From an uncultured delta proteobacterium (GTDB lineage Bacteria; Myxococcota_A; Polyangia; Polyangiales; JAFGIB01): DNA of 64,000 nucleotides. Positions 51,650 to 64,000 of the stretch are shown here, in pieces. The position numbers were made by a program, and so were the translations under genes. Location of the stretch: positions 1,152,001 through 1,216,000 of the forward strand of contig CAVZVA010000010.1 of assembly GCA_963778655.1 (NCBI GenBank), read 5' to 3'. The notes beneath the pieces are model-generated. The model searched no databases. It was not told the DNA's origin and saw only the letters and a list, made by a program, of their open reading frames with translations. Every line of letters starts with the position of its first letter. The stretch's first letter is position 1.

Positions 51650-53920
51650 CTAAGGCGCGGGCGGTTCGTGCCTGGCCGGCGGCGCGAGCGGGGTCGCGCT
51701 CGTGGGGGCGCCGGGCGCGGGGGCCTGCGGCGCGCGTGGCACGCCGAGCAGCAAGCGGCCGCCGCGCACCACCGCCAGCAGCTTGCCCGAAGGCGAGAGC
51801 GCGATATCGCTGACCGTGCCGGTGCCCGCGGGCACCGCGATCAGCTTGGTGCTGCCCTGCTTGCGGTCATGGATCGCGATTCCGACCGAGGTGAGCAGCG
51901 CGAGGTAGCGGCCATCGGCGGTGAGCTCTGCAGACTGGTTGAGCGCAGGCAGCGTATCGTCCGGTCCCAGCACGCGCGCAGGTCCGTGCGCGTTCGCGCT
52001 CGCATCGAGCGGCAACAGGAGCAGGGTGTCCGCGTGCGCGATCAGCACGCCGGCGCTCGTCCAGTCGAGCACGCGGTAGCCGTCCTGATCGGCGCGCTGC
52101 TCGCGCGTCAGCTCGGGGCAGCCCGCCTGCGGCGGCGGCTCCGCGGGCGCGAACAGCGGCTCTGACACGTTGCGGCCCGTGCTCACCCCCGCCACCAGCT
52201 GCGACGCGAGCACGATGCCGAGGTGGTAGCCGTCGCAGGCCCGCACCACGGCGCTCACCGCGTAGCGACCGCTCGGATCGGTGATCGCGGTCTGCGCCGG
52301 GATGCCCGTGGGCTCCAGCGTGCCGTTGCGTAGGTCGTAGCTGCGGGCCCGCGTCCCGCGCAGCAACAGGTGATCTTCGTCGACGAACGCGCAAGGCGCG
52401 CGTTGCACGCGCGGCCCGGGCGGCAGCTCGAGCTGCGGGCCGGGCTTCCAGCCGTAGCTCTGGGCGTCGACGCGCGACTGCAGCGCATAGCGGGCGCGCT
52501 CGCGGTCGTTGTCGGTCAAGCGGTAGGCCGGCGCATCCAGCATCTGATAGCGCTCGACCGCCTGCAGCAGCTTGCCGCCGGCTGCCAGCACCGCGACCAG
52601 CACCGAGGCCGCGCGGCCCGCCCCCAGCGAGGGCCCGCAGTCGAGTCCGCGGCCAACTCCGAGCTGCAGGCGTGCGGCGCCGCTCTCGCGGCACAGCGCG
52701 CGGTGGACGAGCAGCGCCTGGCGGGCCAGCTCGCCCGCGCCCGCAGGGTCGCTGCGGCGCTTGGCCGCCGCGCGGTCCGCCAGCGCGCGCAGCGTTTTTT
52801 CCGGCTCGGCCGGGTCGCGCGCAAGCCCGCCGGCACGGCTGTACAGCTCGACCTCGAGCTGAGTCGGTGCAGTGCCGGCCGCCGCCACCTCCAGCGACAG
52901 CAGCAGATCGGGATTGCCGTCGCCATCGAGGTCCCGGCTCTGCAGCGCGGGCGTGACCTTGGGCTCGTCCGGGCTCTGCGGCGCCAGCGCGGTCAGGTGT
53001 TCGAGCACGCGCGGCTGCGGCTCGCGCGTCACCACCCACAGCTGGCGCTCGCCGTGGGTGGCCGCAGTCGCCGCAGGCGCAGCGCCCGCCGCGGCTGCCG
53101 GTGTGGGGTTGGCAGGCGTGGGCGGCGGGAGCCTGGCCGGCTGCTGCGGCGCAGCCGTGCTCGGAGCCGGCGGGGAGGAGGGCGCGGGCAAGGCCGCGGG
53201 GGCAGGCGCCGGCGGGGCCTGCTGCGGTGCGGGCGCGGGGGGCGGGGCATGCGGCGCGGCCCCGGGCGCGCCGGGCGCCGGCCCGGCGGTGCAGTCGAGC
53301 TCGAGATCGATCAGCGCGCGCGCGGCGTCGAGCGCCCCCAGGCTCGCGCTGCGGGCGCTGCAGGTCTCGCTGGTGCCGGCTTCTTGCAGCGGCACGACGG
53401 GCTCCGGGCTGGCCCAGCGCGTGTCGCCGTCGGCCCCCGCCCGCGCCAGCGACAGGGCCCCGCCCGGGTCCTGCAGCAGCACCAGCAGTCCGGGCGGCGC
53501 CCCGGCCTGCGCGGCGAGCGCCAGCGCCCCACGCACCGAGCCCGCGGCGAGCTTCAAGCTGCGCCCGTCCAGCTCGATCTCGGCGGTGCCGGCCGGATAG
53601 CTGCTGGCCTGGCCCGGCCCCGCGGGCGTAGCCCCAGCGGCCGGGGTGGCGTTCTTCGCGGCACCGGGCGCGCGCGCGGCGCCGAGCTTGAACGGCACCG
53701 CGCGGTCGCCCTGCGAGCAGCCCGCGCAGCTGCACACCAGCACGGCCAGCGCCGCGAGTCGGCTCCGGGCACGAGAGCCCCCGGCCGGGCGGTGGCCGGT
53801 CGGAACCCGCGATCCGGGCCCCGGGCCGAGCAGCCGCCCGCGGCCGCGGGCGGGTGGAGTCAGGCCCTCCACGCGGCGCCTATCCTCGAATCCGAGGCTC
53901 TGGCCGGCGCGATCATCCAT
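51650..53920 (-). CDS. Large hypothetical lipoprotein
   Basis: Lipobox-like CAGC; Pro-rich linker; DLDGDGNPD loop; propeller-like C-terminus. Confidence 0.7.
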   Translation of the reverse strand: MDDRAGQSLGFEDRRRVEGLTPPARGRGRLLGPGPGSRVPTGHRPAGGSRARSRLAALAVLVCSCAGCSQGDRAVPFKLGAARAPGAAKNATPAAGATPAGPGQASSYPAGTAEIELDGRSLKLAAGSVRGALALAAQAGAPPGLLVLLQDPGGALSLARAGADGDTRWASPEPVVPLQEAGTSETCSARSASLGALDAARALIDLELDCTAGPAPGAPGAAPHAPPPAPAPQQAPPAPAPAALPAPSSPPAPSTAAPQQPARLPPPTPANPTPAAAAGAAPAATAATHGERQLWVVTREPQPRVLEHLTALAPQSPDEPKVTPALQSRDLDGDGNPDLLLSLEVAAAGTAPTQLEVELYSRAGGLARDPAEPEKTLRALADRAAAKRRSDPAGAGELARQALLVHRALCRESGAARLQLGVGRGLDCGPSLGAGRAASVLVAVLAAGGKLLQAVERYQMLDAPAYRLTDNDRERARYALQSRVDAQSYGWKPGPQLELPPGPRVQRAPCAFVDEDHLLLRGTRARSYDLRNGTLEPTGIPAQTAITDPSGRYAVSAVVRACDGYHLGIVLASQLVAGVSTGRNVSEPLFAPAEPPPQAGCPELTREQRADQDGYRVLDWTSAGVLIAHADTLLLLPLDASANAHGPARVLGPDDTLPALNQSAELTADGRYLALLTSVGIAIHDRKQGSTKLIAVPAGTGTVSDIALSPSGKLLAVVRGGRLLLGVPRAPQAPAPGAPTSATPLAPPARHEPPAP

Positions 53921-53941
53921 TCCCGAATCGTGACCGCTGGT

Positions 53942-54649
53942 TTAGTTGAGCCACTTGGGCCGGCCGTCGTCGCCGCCGCCGCCCTGGATGACCTTGAACC
54001 CGCTCGGGCGCTGCGAAGGCCGCCGTACCGTCTGCGGCCGGCGCGGGCGCTTCATCCAGCGCGCGAACGCGATCGCGCCGGCCATCGCGCCCAGGCTGGC
54101 GATCAGCTGGGTGTGGTTCTTGTCGAAGACGAAGAACAGCACGCTCAGTCCCAGCAGCAGCCACAGGAACTGCTTGCCGCTCATCGGCATCACGCCGAAC
54201 AGCGACATCTGTTGGTCGCGATAGAGCCAGGTGGTGGCGGCGAGGCCGCCGAACCAGAGCGGGCTGGAGCCGAACAGGGGCGGCGATCCCGGCAGCACGA
54301 AGCCCATGAGGTACGCCGGGACGCTGGCCCCCAGCAACGAGCACAGGCACAGCTGCAACGTGCGCTTGGCTCCGTAGCCGATCTCGAAGGGCGAGAGCGT
54401 CCACCAGATGATCAGCAGCCCGAACAGGAACATCAGCGGGTTGCCGCTGCCGTCGATCAACACGTAGGTGACGAGCTGCCATAGCCCGGGGCCGGCCGGC
54501 GTCATCGCCAGCAGCCCAACCACCGGGATACCCATCCAGTTCTGCAGCACCAGCTGCAGCACGTAGGCCGCGAGCAGCCCCAGGATCAGCTTCTTGACGA
54601 CGGCCGAGAGGCGGGGAAGCGCGAGCTGCGGACGGCCGTACTGGGGCAC
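53942..54649 (-). CDS. Rhomboid-superfamily membrane protein, probably inactive
   Basis: WQLVTY; 6 TM; C-terminal FKVIQGG..KWLN. Confidence 0.75.
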   Translation of the reverse strand: MPQYGRPQLALPRLSAVVKKLILGLLAAYVLQLVLQNWMGIPVVGLLAMTPAGPGLWQLVTYVLIDGSGNPLMFLFGLLIIWWTLSPFEIGYGAKRTLQLCLCSLLGASVPAYLMGFVLPGSPPLFGSSPLWFGGLAATTWLYRDQQMSLFGVMPMSGKQFLWLLLGLSVLFFVFDKNHTQLIASLGAMAGAIAFARWMKRPRRPQTVRRPSQRPSGFKVIQGGGGDDGRPKWLN

Positions 54650-54713
54650 GAGAATCCTTGCGGGGGACGAGAAGCCGACCCTGCACTCTAGCCGGCGGCG
54701 GCCGCTCGGGCAA

Positions 54714-55166
54714 TCACGGGGCGTCGATGTCGCACTCGTAGCCGACGTCGAAGCGCAGGACGGCCAGGCCCTTGCAGGTGGCGTTCCACAGCGTGTCGCC
54801 GTTGGCGTCCTGGCCCGTGATCTTGAGCGTGTACTGCGCTGCCGGCTGGTCGATGAAATCGATGCCGTTGACGCACTTCTTGCTCATGTCCTTGTTGCTC
54901 GCGACCTCGTCGCCATTGTCGGCGCGCGTCAGCGTCCACGAGATGGTGCTCACGCCCGCGCTCTTGCAGGTGCCCCCGGAGAAGTCCCCGCTAGCGGTCT
55001 GCTCGTCCCAGTACAGATCGACCGACATCACGGTGTTCTGCTGGCTGGTGAAGTCCAGACACCCTGATGAGGCCGTCGCCAGCAGCAAACCGAGCGCAAG
55101 CGGCGCGACGCGTGCGAGCGAGCGGCGTTGCCGGCTGGTGATTGGGTGCTTCTTGAGTCTTGCCAC
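54714..55166 (-). CDS. Hypothetical lipoprotein
   Basis: GGAGG RBS plus GTG; SSGC lipobox; paired Cys. Confidence 0.7.
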   Translation of the reverse strand: MARLKKHPITSRQRRSLARVAPLALGLLLATASSGCLDFTSQQNTVMSVDLYWDEQTASGDFSGGTCKSAGVSTISWTLTRADNGDEVASNKDMSKKCVNGIDFIDQPAAQYTLKITGQDANGDTLWNATCKGLAVLRFDVGYECDIDAP

Positions 55167-55190
55167 ATGAGCCTCCCCCGGCGCGCGGGC

Positions 55191-56224
<1,034 letters not shown>

Positions 56225-56225
<1 letters not shown>

Positions 56226-58054
56226 CAGTGCGCCTCCAGCTGCGATTTGATCGCTTCCACGATCTCGGCTTCCTTGAACGGTTGCCCTTGGATCTTCGGG
56301 TAGCTCTTGGCGTCGATTAGATACCGCGCGCGGATCAGCCTCACCAGCTGGCCGAGGTTCAGCTCCGGCACCAGCACGCGGTCGTAGCGGCGCAGGATCT
56401 CGCCGAAGTCGCGCGGGAAAGGGTTCAGGTGGCGCAGCTGCACGTGGCCGACGGTGTGGCCGCGCTCGCGCATACGGGCGACGCCGCCTCGGATCGCGCC
56501 GAAAGTGCCGCCCCAGCCCACCACCAGCAGGTCGCCGGAGCCGTCCCCGTGCACCTCGGTCGGCGGCAGCTCGTCGGCGATCTTCTCCACGCGCTCGGCG
56601 CGCAGCTTGCTCATCAGCTCGTGATTGGCCGGGTCGTAGCTGATGTTGCCGGTGATGTTCTGCTTCTCGATGCCGCCGATGCGATGCTCGAGGCCCGGCA
56701 CGCCCGGAATCGCCCAGGGCCGTGCCAGCCGCTCGTCGCGCAGATACGGTGCGAAGCCCTCCGGGTCGGTGCGAAAGTGCACCTCGATGCGCGGCAGATC
56801 CGCCATCACCGGCACGCTCCAGGGCTCGGCGCTGTTCGCGATGTAGCCGTCGCTCAGCAGCACCACCGGGATCATGTGGCGCAGCGCGATGCGGCAGGCC
56901 TCGATCGCGGCGTGGAACGCGTCGCCGGGGCTGCGCGCCGCGATCACCGGGATCGGCGACTCGCCGTTGCGACCGAACAGCGCTTGCAGCAGGTCCGCCT
57001 GCTCGGTCTTGGTCGGCATGCCGGTGCTCGGACCCGCGCGCTGGATGTCGCAGATCACCAGCGGTAGCTCGAGCGTCAACGCCAGGCCGACCGCCTCGGC
57101 CTTGAGCGCGAGCCCGGGCCCGCTGGTGGTGGTGAGCGCCAGCGCGCCGGTGTAAGCGGCGCCGATGGCCGAGCACACCGCCGCGATCTCGTCTTCGGCC
57201 TGAAAGGTCTTGACGCCCATGTGCTTGTGCGCGGCCAGGAAGTGCAGCACGTCGGACGCCGGCGTGATCGGGTACGAGCCCAAGAACAGCTGCAGCCCGC
57301 TCAACTCGGCCGCGGCCAAAAAGCCCAGCCCCAGCGCCTCGTTGCCCGAGATGTTGCGGTAGCGGCCGGGCGCGATGGGGGCCTGCTTGACCTCGTAGCT
57401 GTGGTCGAACATCTCGGCGGTCTCGCCGAAGTTGTAGCCGGCCTTGAGCGCGCGCAGGTTGGCGATGCCGGTGGGGCTTTCGCCAAAGCGCTTGTTGATC
57501 CACTCGATGCTGTGCGCGAGATCGCGGTTGTAGAGCCAGTAGCACAGCCCCAGCGCGAAGAAGTTCTTGCAGCGCACCGCGGCGCGGTTGTTGAGCTTGA
57601 GATCCTCGATCGAGCGCAGCGTCATGCCGGTGATGTCGGCCTGGAACACGCGGTAGTGCTGCAGCGAGCCGTCCTTGAGCGGATCGCTCTTGTAGCCGGC
57701 GCGCTCGAGGTTCTTGTTGGTGAAGGCCTCGCTGTTGAGGATCAGCATGCCGCCGGGCTTGAGATCCTTGAGGTTGGTCTTGAGCGCGGCTGGGTTCATC
57801 GCCACCAGCACGTCGGGCGCGTCGCCCGGCGTGAAGACCTCTTCGCTCGAGAAGTTGATCTGAAACCCCGAGACGCCCGCCAGCGTGCCCGCTGGCGCGC
57901 GGATCTCGGCTGGAAAATCTGGAAAGGTCGCAAGATCGTTGCCGGCCAGCGCTGTCGTATCCGTGAATTGGCTGCCGGTGATCTGCATCCCGTCGCCTGA
58001 ATCGCCGGCAAAGCGGATGGCGACGGTGCTCACCGTCTCGACTGCCTTGGACAT
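56225..58054 (-). CDS. korA: 2-oxoacid:ferredoxin oxidoreductase alpha (gamma-alpha fused) subunit
   Basis: AGDSGDG, YPITP, EDEIAA, TSGPG, QRAGPSTG. Confidence 0.95.
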
Positions 58055-58161
58055 CGATTAACTCTCCTTGCAGCTCCGGCCGGTCCACAAGCTCGCGAAA
58101 TACCTAAGCTTTCGAGCCATACCCGCCGACCGCACAGGGCCCTTCACCACGCGCGGGTGAT

Positions 58162-58182
58162 ATTGCGCAAAGTTCACGCAAT
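58162..58182. promoter_or_regulatory. Putative operator palindrome upstream of korA
   Basis: ATTGCG-N9-CGCAAT in an AT-richer spacer next to TTTACA (minus strand). Confidence 0.35.
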
Positions 58183-58227
58183 GTAAACCGTCCACGAGCA
58201 TCGTACGAGCCGGCTGCGTGCGTCGCG

Positions 58228-61131
<2,904 letters not shown>

Positions 61132-61219
61132 TGCTTCCTGCTAAGGCATGTTGACGGCTCGACGCGACGTCGAGTGGGGGTGTGTGCCGCGGATCGGGCG
61201 ACCCGGGCACCCGCGGCTC

Positions 61220-62002
61220 TCACGCGACCGCGTCCGCATCGGGGGCCGGGTAGCGGGCCCACTGCGGCGAAGGCCCGAGGTCGACGATCCCGAGCCAGTC
61301 GAGGAGCTTGATGATGGGGTAGGTCGGGTCGATTTCGAACCAGCGCGCCGCGAAGTTCGGCGACATGCCGAACTTGTGGTGATTGTTCTGGAACAGCTCG
61401 CCCATCGTCACGAAGTCGAACACCAGGGTGTTGCGCGAGCGGTCGGCCTTGGTGGTCTCGAAGTTGCGGTAGCCGTACTTGTGTCCGCACCAGTTGACGA
61501 TGGCGCCGTGGATCGGGCCCATCAGGAAGTGTAGCGGCAGCAGCAAAAAATAGCCCCAGTGTGGCGCGTAGACCGCGTAAAATGCAGTGTAGCCACCCAT
61601 GAAAGCCAAATGGCAGGGCCAGCTGCGGCCGATCTTGTCGAGCAGCGGCCATTCCGGCACCGCCTGGGCGAAGCGGGCTTCGGGCTCGATGCGGCCGTGG
61701 TTGAAACCCTGATAGCGCCGCAGGGTGTGGAACATCATCCTGAACAGATTCGGATAGACGTGGGGCGAGTGCGGGTCCTTGGGTGTGTCGCTGTAGGCAT
61801 GGTGCTCGCGGTGCAGGATCGCGTATGCACGCGGGTTCAGGTACGAGCTGCCCTGGACCGTGAAGGTGAGCAGGTGGAAGAAGCGCTCCCAGCCCTTGCT
61901 CATGCGGAACATGCTGTGGGCGCCGTAGCGGTGCAGGAAGAACGTCTGGCAGAAGACGCTCAGCACCCAGTGGGAGACGAGAAAGATGGCTATCGGCAGC
62001 AT
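61220..62002 (-). CDS. Acyl-CoA/lipid (delta-9-like) desaturase
   Basis: His boxes HRYGAH, HREHH, QNNHH; WFEIDPT. Confidence 0.92.
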   Translation of the reverse strand: MLPIAIFLVSHWVLSVFCQTFFLHRYGAHSMFRMSKGWERFFHLLTFTVQGSSYLNPRAYAILHREHHAYSDTPKDPHSPHVYPNLFRMMFHTLRRYQGFNHGRIEPEARFAQAVPEWPLLDKIGRSWPCHLAFMGGYTAFYAVYAPHWGYFLLLPLHFLMGPIHGAIVNWCGHKYGYRNFETTKADRSRNTLVFDFVTMGELFQNNHHKFGMSPNFAARWFEIDPTYPIIKLLDWLGIVDLGPSPQWARYPAPDADAVA

Positions 62003-62170
62003 GGCGGTCTCCGGGCGTGGGTGGCGACTGGCCGGCGCCGGGCTTCAGCGTGCCCTACTATAGCACGCGATCCAACTCCGGAAAGGCGACGGAAGCGTGA
62101 GTGATACCAAGGAGATAGCCGATCGCGCCGGAGCTTGTCGTGTACCCTCACCCGAGGCTATGGTCGCGCG

Positions 62171-63064
62171 GTGAACGCTGCCGCCCTGAGCCAGGGCCCG
62201 ATTCTGGCGCCGCGGGGCCGCCTGGGGTGCTTCCACGTTTTCGGCCTGGCGGCCCCGGGTGTCGACCCCCGGCCGGCCCTGCGCGCGCTGGCCTCGGGTC
62301 TCGACTTGAGCCGCGGCGTGGTCGGCGTGGGCGCGCCCCTGGCGCTCGAGCTGGGCGCGCAGGTCCCGGGCCTGCGGGGCTTTGCCGGGCTGTGCGGGCC
62401 CGGCTGCGCCGCGCCCTCGACCCAGGAGGCGCTGCTGTGCTTCCTTGCCGGGGACGACCGCGGGGAGCTGCTGCATCAGAGCCGCGCGCTGTGCGCGCTG
62501 CTCGGCCCGGCGTTTCGCCCGCGCGAGCGGGTCGACACCTTCACCCACCGCGAGGGTCGCGACCTCAGCGGCTACGTCGACGGGACCGAGAATCCCAAGG
62601 GCGAGGCCGCGGCCAGGGCGGCGCTGATCGGCGGCCGCGGCCCGGGCCTCGACGGCGGCAGCATGGTCGCCGTCCAGCGCTGGGTCCACGACCTCGACGC
62701 GCTCGCCGCCAAGTCGCCCGCGCAGCGCGATGCGATCGTCGGCCGCAGCCTCGAAGACGACCGCGAGCTGACCGATGCCCCGCCCTCGGCGCACGTCAAG
62801 CGTTCGGCGCAGGAGAGCTTCGAGCCAGCGGCCTTCATGCTGCGGCGATCGATGCCCTATGTCATGCCCGACGCGCACGGCCTGCTGTTCGTCGCGTATG
62901 GCGAGTCGCTCGATCGCTTCGAGCGCGTGCTGCGGCGGATGCTCGGCCTGGACGACGGCATGGTCGACGCGCTGTTCGGCTTCACCCGACCGGTCAGCGG
63001 CGGCTACTACTTCTGTCCGCCGCTGCGCGAGTCGAAACTGGATCTGCGCGCGCTCGGCCTGTGA
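62171..63064 (+). CDS. Dyp-type peroxidase
   Basis: GYVDGTENP, AHVKR, LRRSMPY. Confidence 0.93.
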   Translation: MNAAALSQGPILAPRGRLGCFHVFGLAAPGVDPRPALRALASGLDLSRGVVGVGAPLALELGAQVPGLRGFAGLCGPGCAAPSTQEALLCFLAGDDRGELLHQSRALCALLGPAFRPRERVDTFTHREGRDLSGYVDGTENPKGEAAARAALIGGRGPGLDGGSMVAVQRWVHDLDALAAKSPAQRDAIVGRSLEDDRELTDAPPSAHVKRSAQESFEPAAFMLRRSMPYVMPDAHGLLFVAYGESLDRFERVLRRMLGLDDGMVDALFGFTRPVSGGYYFCPPLRESKLDLRALGL

Positions 63065-63213
63065 GCAACGCGCCCGGCGTGCTCGCTCCGCACCCCAAGC
63101 CGACGTCGGCGCCTGTGGGTGCGGCTCACACCTGCTGAACGTGCCCGCTGGGCGCCGCGCGGGCGCGTTCGGCGAGCAGGCCGCATCCGCGCACAAGGTG
63201 TAGACTAGCGATC

Positions 63214-64000
63214 GTGGATACGCGGCCTCCCGAGGCGAGCACGGAGCTGCAGGGCTCGCTCACCTCCGCGCAGTCGGCCGAGGCTTCCGTCAACCTGAAC
63301 GTCGATGTCGAGCGGCTGTTCGTCGCCACGCCGCAACCGCTGTCGGCGGGCAGCCTGGTCACGGTCGATCTGCACCTGGGGCAGGCGCCGAGCTTGCGGG
63401 TGCTGGCGCGCGTGATCGAGAGCGTGAGCCCGGCCGAGGCAGGCGCGGGGCAACCGGCCGGCATGCGCCTGCGGCTGCTCGACATTCGCGGCGAGCGCGC
63501 CACCACGCAGCTCACCGAGTACATGGCCGAGGCCAGCCGCGCCTCGTCCCCCGACAGCGGCTGGATGGCGGCGCTGCGCGTGCTGGTGGTCGACGACGAC
63601 GCCCGCTACCGCGAAGCCGCGGCGTCGGTGATGCGCGAGGCCGGCTTCGAGGTGTTGACGGCGGTCAACGGGTTGGAGGCGCTGAGCCTGGCGCTGAAGC
63701 ACCAGCCGAGCGCGATCGTCACCGACGTGACGATGCCGGACATGGACGGCTGGCACCTGCTGCGCATGGTGCGCGCGCGGCCCACGCTACGCCGCACCCC
63801 GGTCGTATTCCTGACCGAGCTCACGAGCGAGGAGGAGCGGCTACGCGGATATCAGCTCGGCGTCGACGACTATGTCGCCAAGCCCTTCTCGAGCGTGGAG
63901 CTGCTGGCGCGGGTCGAGCGCGTGCTGGAGCGCGCGCACGCGGCGCAGGAGGCGCAGGCCAACGGGATGCACGGCGATCTCTCCCGGGTCTCGCTGGCGA
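63214..64000 (+). CDS. PilZ-like plus response-regulator receiver protein (3' truncated; probably continues into DUF4388)
   Basis: Manual translation: LFVATPQPL..G..V..ARV, then VLVVDDD...TDVTMPDMDG...VFLT...YVAKPF, then GDLSRVSL at the window edge. Confidence 0.85.
   Translation, partial: MDTRPPEASTELQGSLTSAQSAEASVNLNVDVERLFVATPQPLSAGSLVTVDLHLGQAPSLRVLARVIESVSPAEAGAGQPAGMRLRLLDIRGERATTQLTEYMAEASRASSPDSGWMAALRVLVVDDDARYREAAASVMREAGFEVLTAVNGLEALSLALKHQPSAIVTDVTMPDMDGWHLLRMVRARPTLRRTPVVFLTELTSEEERLRGYQLGVDDYVAKPFSSVELLARVERVLERAHAAQEAQANGMHGDLSRVSLA

Noticed and set aside
62171..63064. Dyp as encapsulin cargo
   Set aside because: No encapsulin gene adjacent and no clear GSLxIGSL-type extension

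Overview
High-GC bacterial chromosome segment, most likely Myxococcota of the Polyangiales/Sandaracinaceae type (inferred from the GltJ/AgmX-like, TPR-PEGA, PilZ and DAG-repeat lipoprotein genes and the atypical EF-Tu). The core is the conserved tRNA(Thr-Tyr-Gly-Thr)-tuf-rpmG-tRNA(Trp)-secE-nusG-rplKAJL-rpoBC cluster (27.9-41.8 kb). It is flanked by housekeeping genes (tal, nadK, murA, hisG, pepA, etfBA, rnr, deoA, korAB, sucA, a desaturase, a Dyp peroxidase), c-di-GMP signalling genes and many envelope hypotheticals. I saw no CRISPR array, integrase, transposase or prophage, and no clearly demonstrable new system. Best leads: an FGE-fold/mini-lipoprotein/TPR-PEGA envelope cassette; two families of intergenic palindromic repeats; an (AC)7 tract just after the comEA start; an unannotated 21-aa membrane ORF; an orphan SdhC-like cytochrome b; several pseudo-enzymes (rhomboid, M16, Lgt-like); an EF-Tu with a non-canonical switch I and G-skewed codons; and two apparent +1 frameshifts. 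All calls come from motif recognition by eye; no searches were run.
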